A program made the position numbers and the translations under genes. DNA of 38,459 nucleotides from Candidatus Bathyarchaeota archaeon (lineage in GTDB: Archaea; Thermoproteota; Bathyarchaeia; Bathyarchaeales; Bathycorpusculaceae), in assembly GCA_026414525.1 (NCBI GenBank), contig JAOAIV010000001.1, positions 1 to 38,459 of the forward strand. Direction: 5' to 3'. This document shows, piece by piece, positions 8,442-16,838 of the stretch. Every line of letters begins with the position of its first letter. Position 1 is the stretch's first letter. The notes below the pieces were generated by a model. The model saw only the letters and a program-made list of their open reading frames with translations, searched no databases and had not been told where the DNA came from.

Positions 8442-10520
8442 TCACTTTGCATTCTCTTTTGTTGGGCATTTAGGATTGAGGCATAGCCTCCAAGGGCGCC
8501 TGCCTTTACACTGCACTTGCACAGAGGGGAAGCCGCATGTCGCACAAATTTTTCCTGTTGATTTAAGTAAGCCTTTTTGTGGAAGTGGAAAAGCGGTTTT
8601 GCAACTTCCTACAAAGTGGTTTGTGCAACCTACAAAGCGTTTGCCCGTTTTTTTCGAACGCAAAACTATCAGTCGCCCATCCCTACATATTGGGCATTCC
8701 CCAATACTTTTGGCTGCTAAAATTTCCTTTTGTAAGGCTTGACTTAAACTTGCACCCATTGCCTGCTCATTTTCTTTTATATGTTCGGTCACGGAGCACA
8801 GTAATCCAATAACATGCTGCAGAACATTTTCTTTTGTTTCTTTCTTACGCTGAATATTCTCCATTTTTTCTTCAAGTTCCCTCGTTAACTCCACCGAAAT
8901 AACTGTTGGGCAATACTTTTTCAGAATATCTACAACTTCAAAGCCTAATTCAGTTACAATAATACTTTCTCCACAAATATATTTCCTATTATACAATGTT
9001 TGAATAATACCTGCGCGAGTTGCTTTAGTTCCTATATTTTCTTCTTCCATTTTCCTTAGAAGGCTACTGGGATTATACCTTGGTGGCGGATTAGTAAACT
9101 TGGCTTCTAAAACAACTCTTCTAACGCTTACTTCCTGTCTTTCTCTAACATTTGGCAGCAGTTTGCCTTTTGCTTGGACATATGGTTCGTAGAAATGAAG
9201 CCAGCCTTTTGATAAAACTTGCTGGCCATTCAGTGTGAATAAATTTCCATTAATGCTTAATGTTACTGTTCCGTTTTGCCAAATCGCGGCGTCACCAAAA
9301 GCCGACATAAACCTTCTGACAACAAGATCCCATATGTTTTTTTCGTCAATGTTTAGTGTTCTTTCTGGCATGTTACCAGTTGGATAAATAGCTGGATGCG
9401 CGGGATCATCTTTCTCGCCCTCAACAGGTTTTAGTTCTGGCTTTGCAAGTAACAGCTGCGTTAGCTTTGAATAAACGCTACTTCGTTCAAGCCCCTTCAA
9501 TATGGCATGATAACCAATTGCTGCCGGCAATTTTTGACTGCTAGTTCTAGGATATGAAATAAGGGCATCTAAATATAAACGCTGAGCAACTTGTGCAGTA
9601 CGCATTGGCGTATATCCAAAGACATGGTAAGCTTCAAATTGCAATGAGCCCAAATCAAAAGGTACAGGAGGCTTTTGTATAAAATCTTCCTTCTCTACTT
9701 TAGTTACTATCCCCACTTTGTCTTTGCAAGAGTTAATTAGCGCCTCCGCCTCTGCCTTAGTTTCAATAACTCTCTTCACATATGGCGATTCAAAAACTAC
9801 ACCGTCAATTTCAACCTCTGCTTTTATGCTCCAGTATGGCGTAGGCACGAAGCAGCCTATGCTTTTTTCCCGAGACACCAAGAAGTTAAGTGTGGGTCCT
9901 TGAACTCTGCCGGTACTTAGCATAGCATATTTTCCGCTGTAGTTTTTTGCCGCTGCTGTTAAAGCGCGAGACAAGTTTATGCCGTAGAGCCAGTCCACTT
10001 CATGTCTGGTCAATCCCGCTTCTACAAGTGCAAAATCTAGCTGGGGCAGTCTTTCTTCAAAGGCTCTTTCAAGTTCATCTTTGGTTAATGTGGAGTATTT
10101 CATGCGTTGTGCCGTTTTTTCCTTTTCGCCGCACGCGTATTTTAGTATGGTATAGCCTATTATGCTTCCTTCAATATCATAATCGCATGCATCAATGAAC
10201 TCATCTGCATGCTTTGCCAAGGTTGAGATAACCTTCAAACATTTGCGAATATAAGCTTCACCGCGCTTGGCTACGTACAGCGGAACCCACTGATAATCAA
10301 ACACAGGATAGCCATTATTTTTACTTGCAATTGTGTACAAGTGCCCTAAAGCCGGCACAACAACTATCCTTTTTTTTCTTTTTGCCAAATAGTAAGGAAC
10401 TCCATTTTCCAAAACTTTTTCAGCCTTCCCTTCAATGTCCAATGCCGCCGCTATCCGGCTAGCCGCATCTGGTTTTTCAGTTATAACTAAGGTGTATCTT
10501 TCCAACTGCCCATAAACCAC
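8442..10520 (-). CDS. topA: DNA topoisomerase, type IA
   Basis: 692 aa with Toprim LVITEKPDAA, active-site region LISYPRTSSQKLP and C-terminal Cys-rich zinc ribbons (CPICRDG..., CATCGFP..., CLNPKCP). GTG start. Confidence 0.95.
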   Translation of the reverse strand: MVYGQLERYTLVITEKPDAASRIAAALDIEGKAEKVLENGVPYYLAKRKKRIVVVPALGHLYTIASKNNGYPVFDYQWVPLYVAKRGEAYIRKCLKVISTLAKHADEFIDACDYDIEGSIIGYTILKYACGEKEKTAQRMKYSTLTKDELERAFEERLPQLDFALVEAGLTRHEVDWLYGINLSRALTAAAKNYSGKYAMLSTGRVQGPTLNFLVSREKSIGCFVPTPYWSIKAEVEIDGVVFESPYVKRVIETKAEAEALINSCKDKVGIVTKVEKEDFIQKPPVPFDLGSLQFEAYHVFGYTPMRTAQVAQRLYLDALISYPRTSSQKLPAAIGYHAILKGLERSSVYSKLTQLLLAKPELKPVEGEKDDPAHPAIYPTGNMPERTLNIDEKNIWDLVVRRFMSAFGDAAIWQNGTVTLSINGNLFTLNGQQVLSKGWLHFYEPYVQAKGKLLPNVRERQEVSVRRVVLEAKFTNPPPRYNPSSLLRKMEEENIGTKATRAGIIQTLYNRKYICGESIIVTELGFEVVDILKKYCPTVISVELTRELEEKMENIQRKKETKENVLQHVIGLLCSVTEHIKENEQAMGASLSQALQKEILAAKSIGECPICRDGRLIVLRSKKTGKRFVGCTNHFVGSCKTAFPLPQKGLLKSTGKICATCGFPSVQVQCKGRRPWRLCLNPKCPTKENAK

Positions 10521-10719
10521 GCTTGCTCTTTAAAATTCGCTTTCTTATTCAAAAAGGTTTTACTAACATGACTCTTTCAGCGGATTAGCCTAAAACTGAT
10601 ACATCCTAAATTAATATAAATGCTAAAAAATGTTTATTAGTGAAATTCCAGCAAGTCTCTTTAGCCTTGACGGCTTTTGAGCCGGCATTAGACTACGTCT
10701 TACCAAGAAGGGCAGAATA

Positions 10720-11697
10720 ATGTTTGAGGAATTAGGTCTGATAGGTAACATGGCAATTCTTATCGCGGCATTGGTGGCACTAGCTAAAGCTAGTGAAACG
10801 ACAATAACACATGCCTTGAATGTGGCAAGCGTTACGAGGCTAGGAAAAACAACTGTAGGTTTCATCCTTGTTGCATTTTCAACATCTCTACCTGAATTCT
10901 TCGTCGCTATATTCTCAACTGTAAACCCTGAAAATGTCGGTGTCTCTGTTGGAAACGTTTTAGGCGCCAATATTTCTAATATATGCCTCATACTAGGCTC
11001 ATGTTTTCTTCTTTTAGCGTTAAAAAATCCACGTGGCTCTTTTTTATTGCCTAAAATGGCGAAAGAAGAAATAAGCAGCCTCCATTTTGGCCTTTTCATC
11101 GCATCTATTGTCCCCTTGACTCTGCTTTATCTGCATCATGTCAGCCGTTTTATCGGCATAATGCTTTTAGCAATATTCATGTTTTACATGTACAAGCTAT
11201 CCAAAGGCGGCGCTCCTGAAACAGAAGCCCCTTCCGGAGCAGAAAAACGTAAACTTGGAAAGTACGTGGCTCTTACATTCATCGGTGCCATAGGTGTTGT
11301 AGCATGCGCCTTTTTTATAGTGGAGTCAGCATCCAACATTGCAGCAAGCATAGGTCTTCCAGCTATTATTATAGGCGCAACTATTGTTTCATTTGGCACA
11401 ACAATGCCTGAATTCGCAACCAGCATCAGCGCCGTAAGAAAAGGACACTTAGAGCTAGCCTTAGGTAATACGGTTGGAAGCTGCTTTGTGAATATAACCC
11501 TTATTCTGGGGGTCACTTTGACGGCAACATCTTTCAGCATAGACGCGAGCGGCTTTTCCAATGTGGCGCTTTTCTCTTTGATGGCAAACCTACTCTTATG
11601 GTATTTCTTATCAAGTGGAAGGATAGGCTGGCGTGAAGCAGCCATATTACTTTTCATGTACGGCTTATTCATTGCAATTAGTTTCGGTGCATTATAA
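10720..11697 (+). CDS. Ca2+/cation antiporter (CaCA / sodium-calcium exchanger family)
   Basis: 325-aa polytopic protein with two alpha-repeats: GNVLGANISNICLILG and GNTVGSCFVNITLILG. Confidence 0.9.
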   Translation: MFEELGLIGNMAILIAALVALAKASETTITHALNVASVTRLGKTTVGFILVAFSTSLPEFFVAIFSTVNPENVGVSVGNVLGANISNICLILGSCFLLLALKNPRGSFLLPKMAKEEISSLHFGLFIASIVPLTLLYLHHVSRFIGIMLLAIFMFYMYKLSKGGAPETEAPSGAEKRKLGKYVALTFIGAIGVVACAFFIVESASNIAASIGLPAIIIGATIVSFGTTMPEFATSISAVRKGHLELALGNTVGSCFVNITLILGVTLTATSFSIDASGFSNVALFSLMANLLLWYFLSSGRIGWREAAILLFMYGLFIAISFGAL

Positions 11698-11859
11698 ATA
11701 AGAGCTCGCGAACGCCTCATAGCCGCATACAACATGCCTCTGAATAAAAGATTAAATGTCCAGCTACAAAATACGTTTACTTGTATCATCAAAGTGTTTC
11801 ATAAAGTTAGCAATCAATAAATATGCCCTAAACATTATAACTTGGTAAAAGTGACATTA

Positions 11860-12024
11860 ATGCCGCAAATCATAATCTGTCATGGCTGCAAGCATGTGCT
11901 TTACGAGGGCGCAGAGCTTAAGCCTCCAGATGAAATTCTGCAGAATTATGATGGGAAATGTCCGAATTGTGGCCGAAAATTATCGCTGTTGCCCATCGAC
12001 GTTGAAATAAAATCTGTAAAATAG
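11860..12024 (+). CDS. hypothetical small zinc-ribbon protein
   Basis: 54 aa from ATG 11860: MPQIIICHGCKH...GKCPNCGRKL (CxxC...CxxC). GTGA lies 6 nt upstream. The ORF track starts at TTG 11842. Confidence 0.5.
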   Translation: MPQIIICHGCKHVLYEGAELKPPDEILQNYDGKCPNCGRKLSLLPIDVEIKSVK

Positions 12025-12042
12025 CTTGCACCAAATAAAAAG

Positions 12043-12061
12043 TTAATCTTCCCATGGTCCA
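12043..12061 (+). repeat. Exact 19-nt direct repeat, copy 2 (TTAATCTTCCCATGGTCCA)
   Basis: Identical to 6358-6376. It lies 19 nt after the stop of the zinc-ribbon gene and about 200 nt upstream of aglB. Confidence 0.9.
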
Positions 12062-12246
12062 CCCTTAGACCGTGAGTGAGCATAATTTACTTTTAGAAAA
12101 CAATAAATAAACGGTGCCTTGTGATATAACCGTTATTAACCACAAAACAAATAAATGGTTCCATTTACGTATGAAGACATTACAAATCGGAGGAAGAAGA
12201 CACGGCCAAAGAACGGTTCTCCAACACACTTAAGGCTTTTGGGCGT

Positions 12247-14445
12247 TTGCGTATCCAAACAAGCCACGCGTCGATTGTATGCTATTCCGCTTTGTTCCTG
12301 ATACTTTTTATCGCATTGGCCATTCGCCTTTTACCGATACGTTGGGAAATCCCATCCGGCACTTTGCGCCTAAACGAATTCGACCCTTATTATCAATATA
12401 GTTTGACGCAATATATGGTGCAAAATGGTCTGTTCTCGCCTTATTGGCCTAAACCATGGATAAACATGCAACAATGGTACCCCGCTGGACTAGACATGTC
12501 TGCTTCATATCCCTCCTTGCCTATGACGGCCGCTGCCCTTTACAGCATAATCTCATTTCTAGGCGTTAACATCGATTTAATGTCATTCTGTTCATTTTTA
12601 CCTGCAATCTTCGGGGTAATCGCCTGCTTAATCATCTATTTCATAGGCAAGGACATGGGCGGAAAAACAGTTGGCTTACTTGCCGCTCTTTTCCTAGCTT
12701 TAGCGCCCTCCTTTCTTGCTAGGACCGCTCTCGGCTTTTTTGACACGGAATCCGTAGGCATTCTCGGTCTTCTGTCTTTCGTATTGCTGTTCTTGAGGGC
12801 AATAGATGAAAATCGACCCCCCCGCTCGTCCCTACTGTACTCTTTCGGCGCCGCCGGCGCATTAGCCTACTTCCTCTTAGGCTGGGGTGCCTCATATTAC
12901 ATATTGGGTTTAACCGCCCTTTTCGTTCTAACATTAATCTTGCTAAAAAGATACACGCCACGCTTACTGTTTTCCTACAGCATAACTTTCGGTTTAGCTT
13001 TCTTCATAGCCACAAAGTTTCCTTACCTCTCATTAAACTACTTGACCACCGGACCGGTGATACTGGTTGCCAGCGTCTTCCTTCTGTTGTGTCTCGCAGA
13101 GGTTCTGCGCCACAATATCTCTGCTAAAACAAAGACCATGCTTGCCGCAGTAACACTAATAGTTATAGTCGGAGTAGCCGTTGCTTTATCACAACTTGGT
13201 TACCTAGCAAATATAGCGGGCAAATTTATCTCTGTCCTTGATCCATTCCTCCGCGCTGCTGCACCCCTATTAGAGTCAGTGGCCGAGCACAGAATTTCCG
13301 CGTGGGGAACCATATACTACGATTTGGGTTTAGGGATACTCTTCTTCCTAGCTGGTTTGTACTTCACGCTGAGAAACCCAACTAACCGAAACATTTTCTT
13401 GCTGCTTTTCGGTGCCACATCCCTTTATTTCGCTGCTTCAATGGTGCGGTTGCTCGCCCTCTTCGCACCTGCATTCAGCCTTTTAGCCGCAACAGGGACT
13501 CTGGGTATACTGAAGCCATTTTACGCCTTATTGCGTGAAGCACCGGATATTGCGGTAAAAGCGAAGCGGAGGATAGCGCACGTGAGCAAAGAGTACAGTG
13601 GCATCGCTGTGTTTCTTATCTTTATGCTCCTAACGGTGAATCTCGCGTTTTCGCCTCAAACTGGAGGAATACCACGCGTGTATGGTCAAGCTTACTCACC
13701 TCTCACGATTACCGCTGCCAGTCTCCCAGTGACTCCAAATGAGCCTGCCACGGAGTGGCTAGATATGCTAAGCTGGACGAGGAATAATCTCCAGTCAACA
13801 ACTATCGTATGCGCTTGGTGGGATTATGGATATTGGTTAAGCATACTTGGCAATGTTACAACGTTGGCTGACAACGCTACGGTTAATAGTACCCAGATAG
13901 AAAACATCGGTTTCATCTTTATGGCGCCTGAAGAAAAAGCGCTGGCTATGCTGGAGCGGTATAATGCTAAATACATACTTGTATTTGTCACACTCGGTAT
14001 AGCACAGTCATCCAGCGGTAGCTCTTATGTGGTTCGATTTGTAGGTTATGGCGATGAAGGGAAATGGCAGTGGATGGCGCGGATTTCTGGGCAAGCGCGC
14101 GACAGATTCATAGCTGAGGGTCTGCTTGATGAGCGCTCTGCGTGGAAAGATGAAAAAGCTTTCATCAACACAACTAGCGGGGCATGGCTTGACGTGGGAA
14201 AGAACACGACTATTTACAAGTTAATGAGCTGGGCAAAACAACGCTGGGCTGACGTGTCCGGCGTACAAAGTGGCATAACAGTCGATGAAGCAGGAGTGCA
14301 GCCAACATACTTCAAAGAGGCGTACTTCGCCGGTGAGAACTTGAGCGCAATTGAGGCTTCAGCCAAATACGGCGGGCTTATACCCATTGTAGCCTTGTAC
14401 GAGATTGACTGGCAGAAATACTATAATGCTACAGGCAAACCTTAA
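12247..14445 (+). CDS. aglB: Archaeal oligosaccharyltransferase AglB (STT3 family)
   Basis: 732 aa with a polytopic N-terminal half and the catalytic WWDYG motif (CAWWDYGYWLS). EFDPYY and FFDTES acidic loop motifs are present. TTG start. Confidence 0.95.
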   Translation: MRIQTSHASIVCYSALFLILFIALAIRLLPIRWEIPSGTLRLNEFDPYYQYSLTQYMVQNGLFSPYWPKPWINMQQWYPAGLDMSASYPSLPMTAAALYSIISFLGVNIDLMSFCSFLPAIFGVIACLIIYFIGKDMGGKTVGLLAALFLALAPSFLARTALGFFDTESVGILGLLSFVLLFLRAIDENRPPRSSLLYSFGAAGALAYFLLGWGASYYILGLTALFVLTLILLKRYTPRLLFSYSITFGLAFFIATKFPYLSLNYLTTGPVILVASVFLLLCLAEVLRHNISAKTKTMLAAVTLIVIVGVAVALSQLGYLANIAGKFISVLDPFLRAAAPLLESVAEHRISAWGTIYYDLGLGILFFLAGLYFTLRNPTNRNIFLLLFGATSLYFAASMVRLLALFAPAFSLLAATGTLGILKPFYALLREAPDIAVKAKRRIAHVSKEYSGIAVFLIFMLLTVNLAFSPQTGGIPRVYGQAYSPLTITAASLPVTPNEPATEWLDMLSWTRNNLQSTTIVCAWWDYGYWLSILGNVTTLADNATVNSTQIENIGFIFMAPEEKALAMLERYNAKYILVFVTLGIAQSSSGSSYVVRFVGYGDEGKWQWMARISGQARDRFIAEGLLDERSAWKDEKAFINTTSGAWLDVGKNTTIYKLMSWAKQRWADVSGVQSGITVDEAGVQPTYFKEAYFAGENLSAIEASAKYGGLIPIVALYEIDWQKYYNATGKP

Positions 14446-14457
14446 GGAAGTGAAAAG

Positions 14458-15327
14458 CTGTTTCCGAAGGTTCCAGATCAGCACAAGGTAAATAGGCCGT
14501 TAGTTCCCAACGGCCTAGGTGTAGTCTATGTCTTATTTACAACAGTCTACCTCTTCTTAAGTTACTTTCTTGGGATTGCTAAAACCTCAAACGGTGTGTC
14601 TGCACCTTTAACTTTGGCTGTTTGCATTTTATTCGGCGGCTTCATGGGGTTGTTGGACGACTGGATGGATCTAAAATGGCGCTATAAGGCGTTTATGCCC
14701 CTGATAGCCGCGCTTCCCCTTGTATACTTGGCGCGCGAGTATGCTTTGCGCACTGCGATCTCGCTGCCTCTGATTGGCGTATTAGATTTTGGGGATGCAT
14801 ATTACTTCCTAGTAATCCCCCTAATAGTAATGGTGGTCACTAACGTAGTAAACATGCTTGGCGGCTTAAACGGTTTAGAAACCATCTGCCCCGCCATAAT
14901 CCTAATTGGGTTAATGGCGCTGTCGCCATTTTCATATATGCTTCTCATGCTTGGGCCACTGATAATATGGATTGCGCTTGCGGCTTTAAACTTCACAGGC
15001 AAGATTTTTGTAGGCAACAGCGGCTCATTTGCTATCGGCATGACAATATCATCATTCGCTGTGATCGCTGATCTAAAACTGAGCTTGCTTATTTCGATTA
15101 TACCCTATGTGTTCAACTCCTCTTTGATATTGTTGAGTGTTTTCCTTTTTGGAAAAAAAGCCGGCGTCACAATTGACGGAAATAAGCTTGTATCAACTCA
15201 CAGGCGCAGTTTAATTACGCTCATCACTTATCGACGCCCGATGACTGAACGCAGGGTAGTGGTCTTAATAGCGTTGCTTGTAACCATTTTCGTTGCCTTT
15301 GCAGTGCTTACTGAATTGCTTTGCTGA
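14458..15327 (+). CDS. Glycosyltransferase family 4, dolichyl/polyprenyl-phosphate GlcNAc-1-P transferase homolog (AglH/DPAGT1-like), atypical
   Basis: Family motifs VPDQHKVNRPLVPNGLG, GLLDDWMDLKWRYK and NVVNMLGGLNGLE are present. The first motif lies upstream of the ORF-track GTG at 14596. The only plausible initiator is CTG 14458, preceded by GGAAGTGA. The start and functionality are uncertain. Confidence 0.75.
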   Translation: MFPKVPDQHKVNRPLVPNGLGVVYVLFTTVYLFLSYFLGIAKTSNGVSAPLTLAVCILFGGFMGLLDDWMDLKWRYKAFMPLIAALPLVYLAREYALRTAISLPLIGVLDFGDAYYFLVIPLIVMVVTNVVNMLGGLNGLETICPAIILIGLMALSPFSYMLLMLGPLIIWIALAALNFTGKIFVGNSGSFAIGMTISSFAVIADLKLSLLISIIPYVFNSSLILLSVFLFGKKAGVTIDGNKLVSTHRRSLITLITYRRPMTERRVVVLIALLVTIFVAFAVLTELLC

Positions 15328-15400
15328 TCGCATTTTACTTCTGGCAATTCCAAGATATGCATAAGCCTAAAGGCGCTTTCGTTTGCTCTCACGCAGTAAG

Positions 15401-15492
15401 TTTTAATAGGCAACTTTCGCTTGACCATAAGCTAATGGGCGGGTAGGTGGGCCTCCACCCGTTCCGCCGAACAAACCCCGGTGTAGGAGGTG
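15401..15492 (+). promoter_or_regulatory. Putative queT promoter and structured GC-rich 5' leader (candidate translational control element)
   Basis: TATA-like TTTTAATA at 15401-15408. Hairpin at 15438-15468: GGCGG/CCGCC outer stem, GGUGG/CCACC inner stem, GCCU loop. CCUCC at 15452-15456 is complementary to the SD GGAGG at 15486-15490. Confidence 0.35.
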
Positions 15493-15495
15493 TAA

Positions 15496-16044
15496 ATGGT
15501 GAAAATAGATAGTCGAGATTTGACTGGAACTGCTGTCTTTGCTGCCTTATATGTGGTAATCAACATTTTACAAGCTATTACCGTGGGTAACCCTACAATT
15601 TATGGACCTATACAATTACGCTTAGCTGACTTCATGATCGCTCTGGCAATATTATTCGGTTGGCCAATAATTAGCGGCGTCACCTTAGGTTGCTTCCTAA
15701 CTAACGCCTACTACTTCCTCGGCGTGCCAGACGTAATTCTAGGGCCGATAGCAAACTTCGTCGCGGCGTGGCTTGTGTTCCTCTTACGAAAAAGGCGGTT
15801 GCTGGCATGTGTTGCCGGTTCTTTGCCTATAGGCTTAATCGTTGGAAGCTATCTATGGCTTTTCTTTCCGCCGCCCGACGTTTTAAGTGGTTTGCCTGCG
15901 TGGTCAGGAATGATAATCAGCGTCACTGTAAGCAGTTTAATTGCGGTAGCGGTGATAGGCTATTTGGTAGTTTCAATGCTGGGCAGACCTAACATAATAA
16001 AACCGTTAAAGTCGCGTGGACTAAAAGTTATATTCGAAAAATGA
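15496..16044 (+). CDS. queT: QueT-family queuosine/archaeosine-precursor transporter (ECF S-component-like)
   Basis: 182-aa polytopic protein; N-terminal LTGTAVFAALYVVINIL...IQLRLADFMIAL is typical of QueT. Perfect GGAGGTG SD. Confidence 0.8.
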   Translation: MVKIDSRDLTGTAVFAALYVVINILQAITVGNPTIYGPIQLRLADFMIALAILFGWPIISGVTLGCFLTNAYYFLGVPDVILGPIANFVAAWLVFLLRKRRLLACVAGSLPIGLIVGSYLWLFFPPPDVLSGLPAWSGMIISVTVSSLIAVAVIGYLVVSMLGRPNIIKPLKSRGLKVIFEK

Positions 16045-16250
16045 ATGTGGTCTTCCTGTCCGTTTATTTCGCCATTCTTTTTCTGGCATGTTTCCTTTTT
16101 TCGTTGCTTAATTGTTAGTGCCTCAATTCAAACATAACTACCCGCCTTGCCACCTTTTCTTCTTTCATTTTAGGCTTTAAGCAATTTTTGTCTAATTCAG
16201 AATAACTTATAACTTCTTGTGTGATTCTGATATTAAGAGTGTGTTCTGTT

Positions 16251-16754
16251 ATGGCGAAAACTGAAGAGAATTTGAAAGCTGCTTTCGCAGGTGAATCCCA
16301 GGCTAACCGCCGCTACTTAGCCTTTGCGAAGAAAGCTGAGGAAGAAGGCTATGCACAGGTTGCTAAACTCTTTAAGGCTGCGGCAGAAGCGGAAACAATT
16401 CATGCGCTGAATCATCTTCGGATAATTGGACAAATCAAATCAACGTTGGAGAACTTGGAAACTGCCATTTCAGGAGAAAACTTTGAGTTCAAAGAAATGT
16501 ATCCCTCATACATAACTGCTGCAAAGCAGGAAGGCAACAAGCAGGCGGTTTGGAGCTTTAACGTGGCAAACGAGGTGGAACAGATACATGCCAAATTATT
16601 CGCCAAGGCAATAGATGCGTTAAAGAGCAGAAAGCCGATGGAGCAGGTAGACTATTACGTGTGTAGTGTTTGTGGAAACACTGTTGAAGGCTCACCGCCC
16701 GATGTGTGCCCAATCTGCGGCGCGCCAAAAACAAAATTCTTTAAACCTGCATAA
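16251..16754 (+). CDS. rbr: Rubrerythrin
   Basis: MAKTEENLKAAFAGESQANRRY..., the diiron ExxH helices, and a C-terminal rubredoxin-like CSVCG...CPICG. ATG 16251 lies inside the longer track ORF. Confidence 0.9.
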   Translation: MAKTEENLKAAFAGESQANRRYLAFAKKAEEEGYAQVAKLFKAAAEAETIHALNHLRIIGQIKSTLENLETAISGENFEFKEMYPSYITAAKQEGNKQAVWSFNVANEVEQIHAKLFAKAIDALKSRKPMEQVDYYVCSVCGNTVEGSPPDVCPICGAPKTKFFKPA

Positions 16755-16769
16755 ATCTGAATAACCGCC

Positions 16770-16789
16770 TTTTTTATTTACGTATTTTT
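16770..16789 (+). terminator. Oligo-T tracts downstream of rbr (archaeal-type terminator candidate)
   Basis: TTTTTT at 16770-16775 and TTTTT at 16785-16789, shortly after the rbr stop at 16752-16754. Confidence 0.3.
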
Positions 16790-16838
16790 CAAAACATTCT
16801 TATGAAGCTTTTTAATAAAGTATGTTTAGGTGATTTCT

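Noticed and set aside
10623-11792. Long ORFs antisense to well-supported genes. Examples are 10623..11099 and 11184..11792 opposite the CaCA antiporter, 18559..19101 opposite nrdJ, 23537..23977 opposite fae-hps, 26960..27427 opposite the Gfo oxidoreductase, 21039..21443 opposite rps6e, 2567..2956 opposite DUF62 and 29320..29712 opposite glmM.
   Set aside because: Each lies entirely inside a gene with strong family motifs on the other strand. Their translations are Ser/Arg/Pro/Leu-rich, resemble no family, and lack SD motifs. This is typical shadow-ORF behaviour.
6358-12061. The two 19-nt direct repeats interpreted as att sites bounding a 5.7-kb integrated element.
   Set aside because: The enclosed genes (radB, carS, topA, CaCA antiporter) are core housekeeping genes. 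I saw no integrase, no tRNA target and no compositional shift.
12175-12246. Possible N-terminal extension of AglB. The frame is open from 12175 (…EEEDTAKERFSNTLKAFGR) and a strong GGAGG at 12189-12193 precedes an in-frame ACG at 12202.
   Set aside because: There is no canonical or CTG start in the stretch. ACG initiation would be speculative, the extension contains no conserved family motif, and the TTG at 12247 already gives a normal short cytoplasmic tail before TM1.
14443-14460. Stop-codon read-through producing an AglB-GT4 fusion, since the two genes are in the same frame separated by a single TAA.
   Set aside because: The AglB C-terminal domain is extracytoplasmic, while the GT4 D-x-x-K/P-x-x-G-G loop is cytoplasmic. 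No TM helix lies between them, so a fusion would be topologically inconsistent. A good SD (GGAAGTGA) plus CTG right after the stop fits independent initiation better.
15438-15468. The hairpin upstream of queT interpreted as a bona fide preQ1-I riboswitch aptamer, or as an intrinsic terminator of the upstream GT4 gene.
   Set aside because: The tetraloop is far too small for the preQ1-I loop and I cannot match the consensus nucleotides by eye. No U-tract follows the hairpin, and it lies about 110 nt past the GT4 stop, downstream of a TATA-like box. I keep it only as an unclassified candidate regulatory leader.
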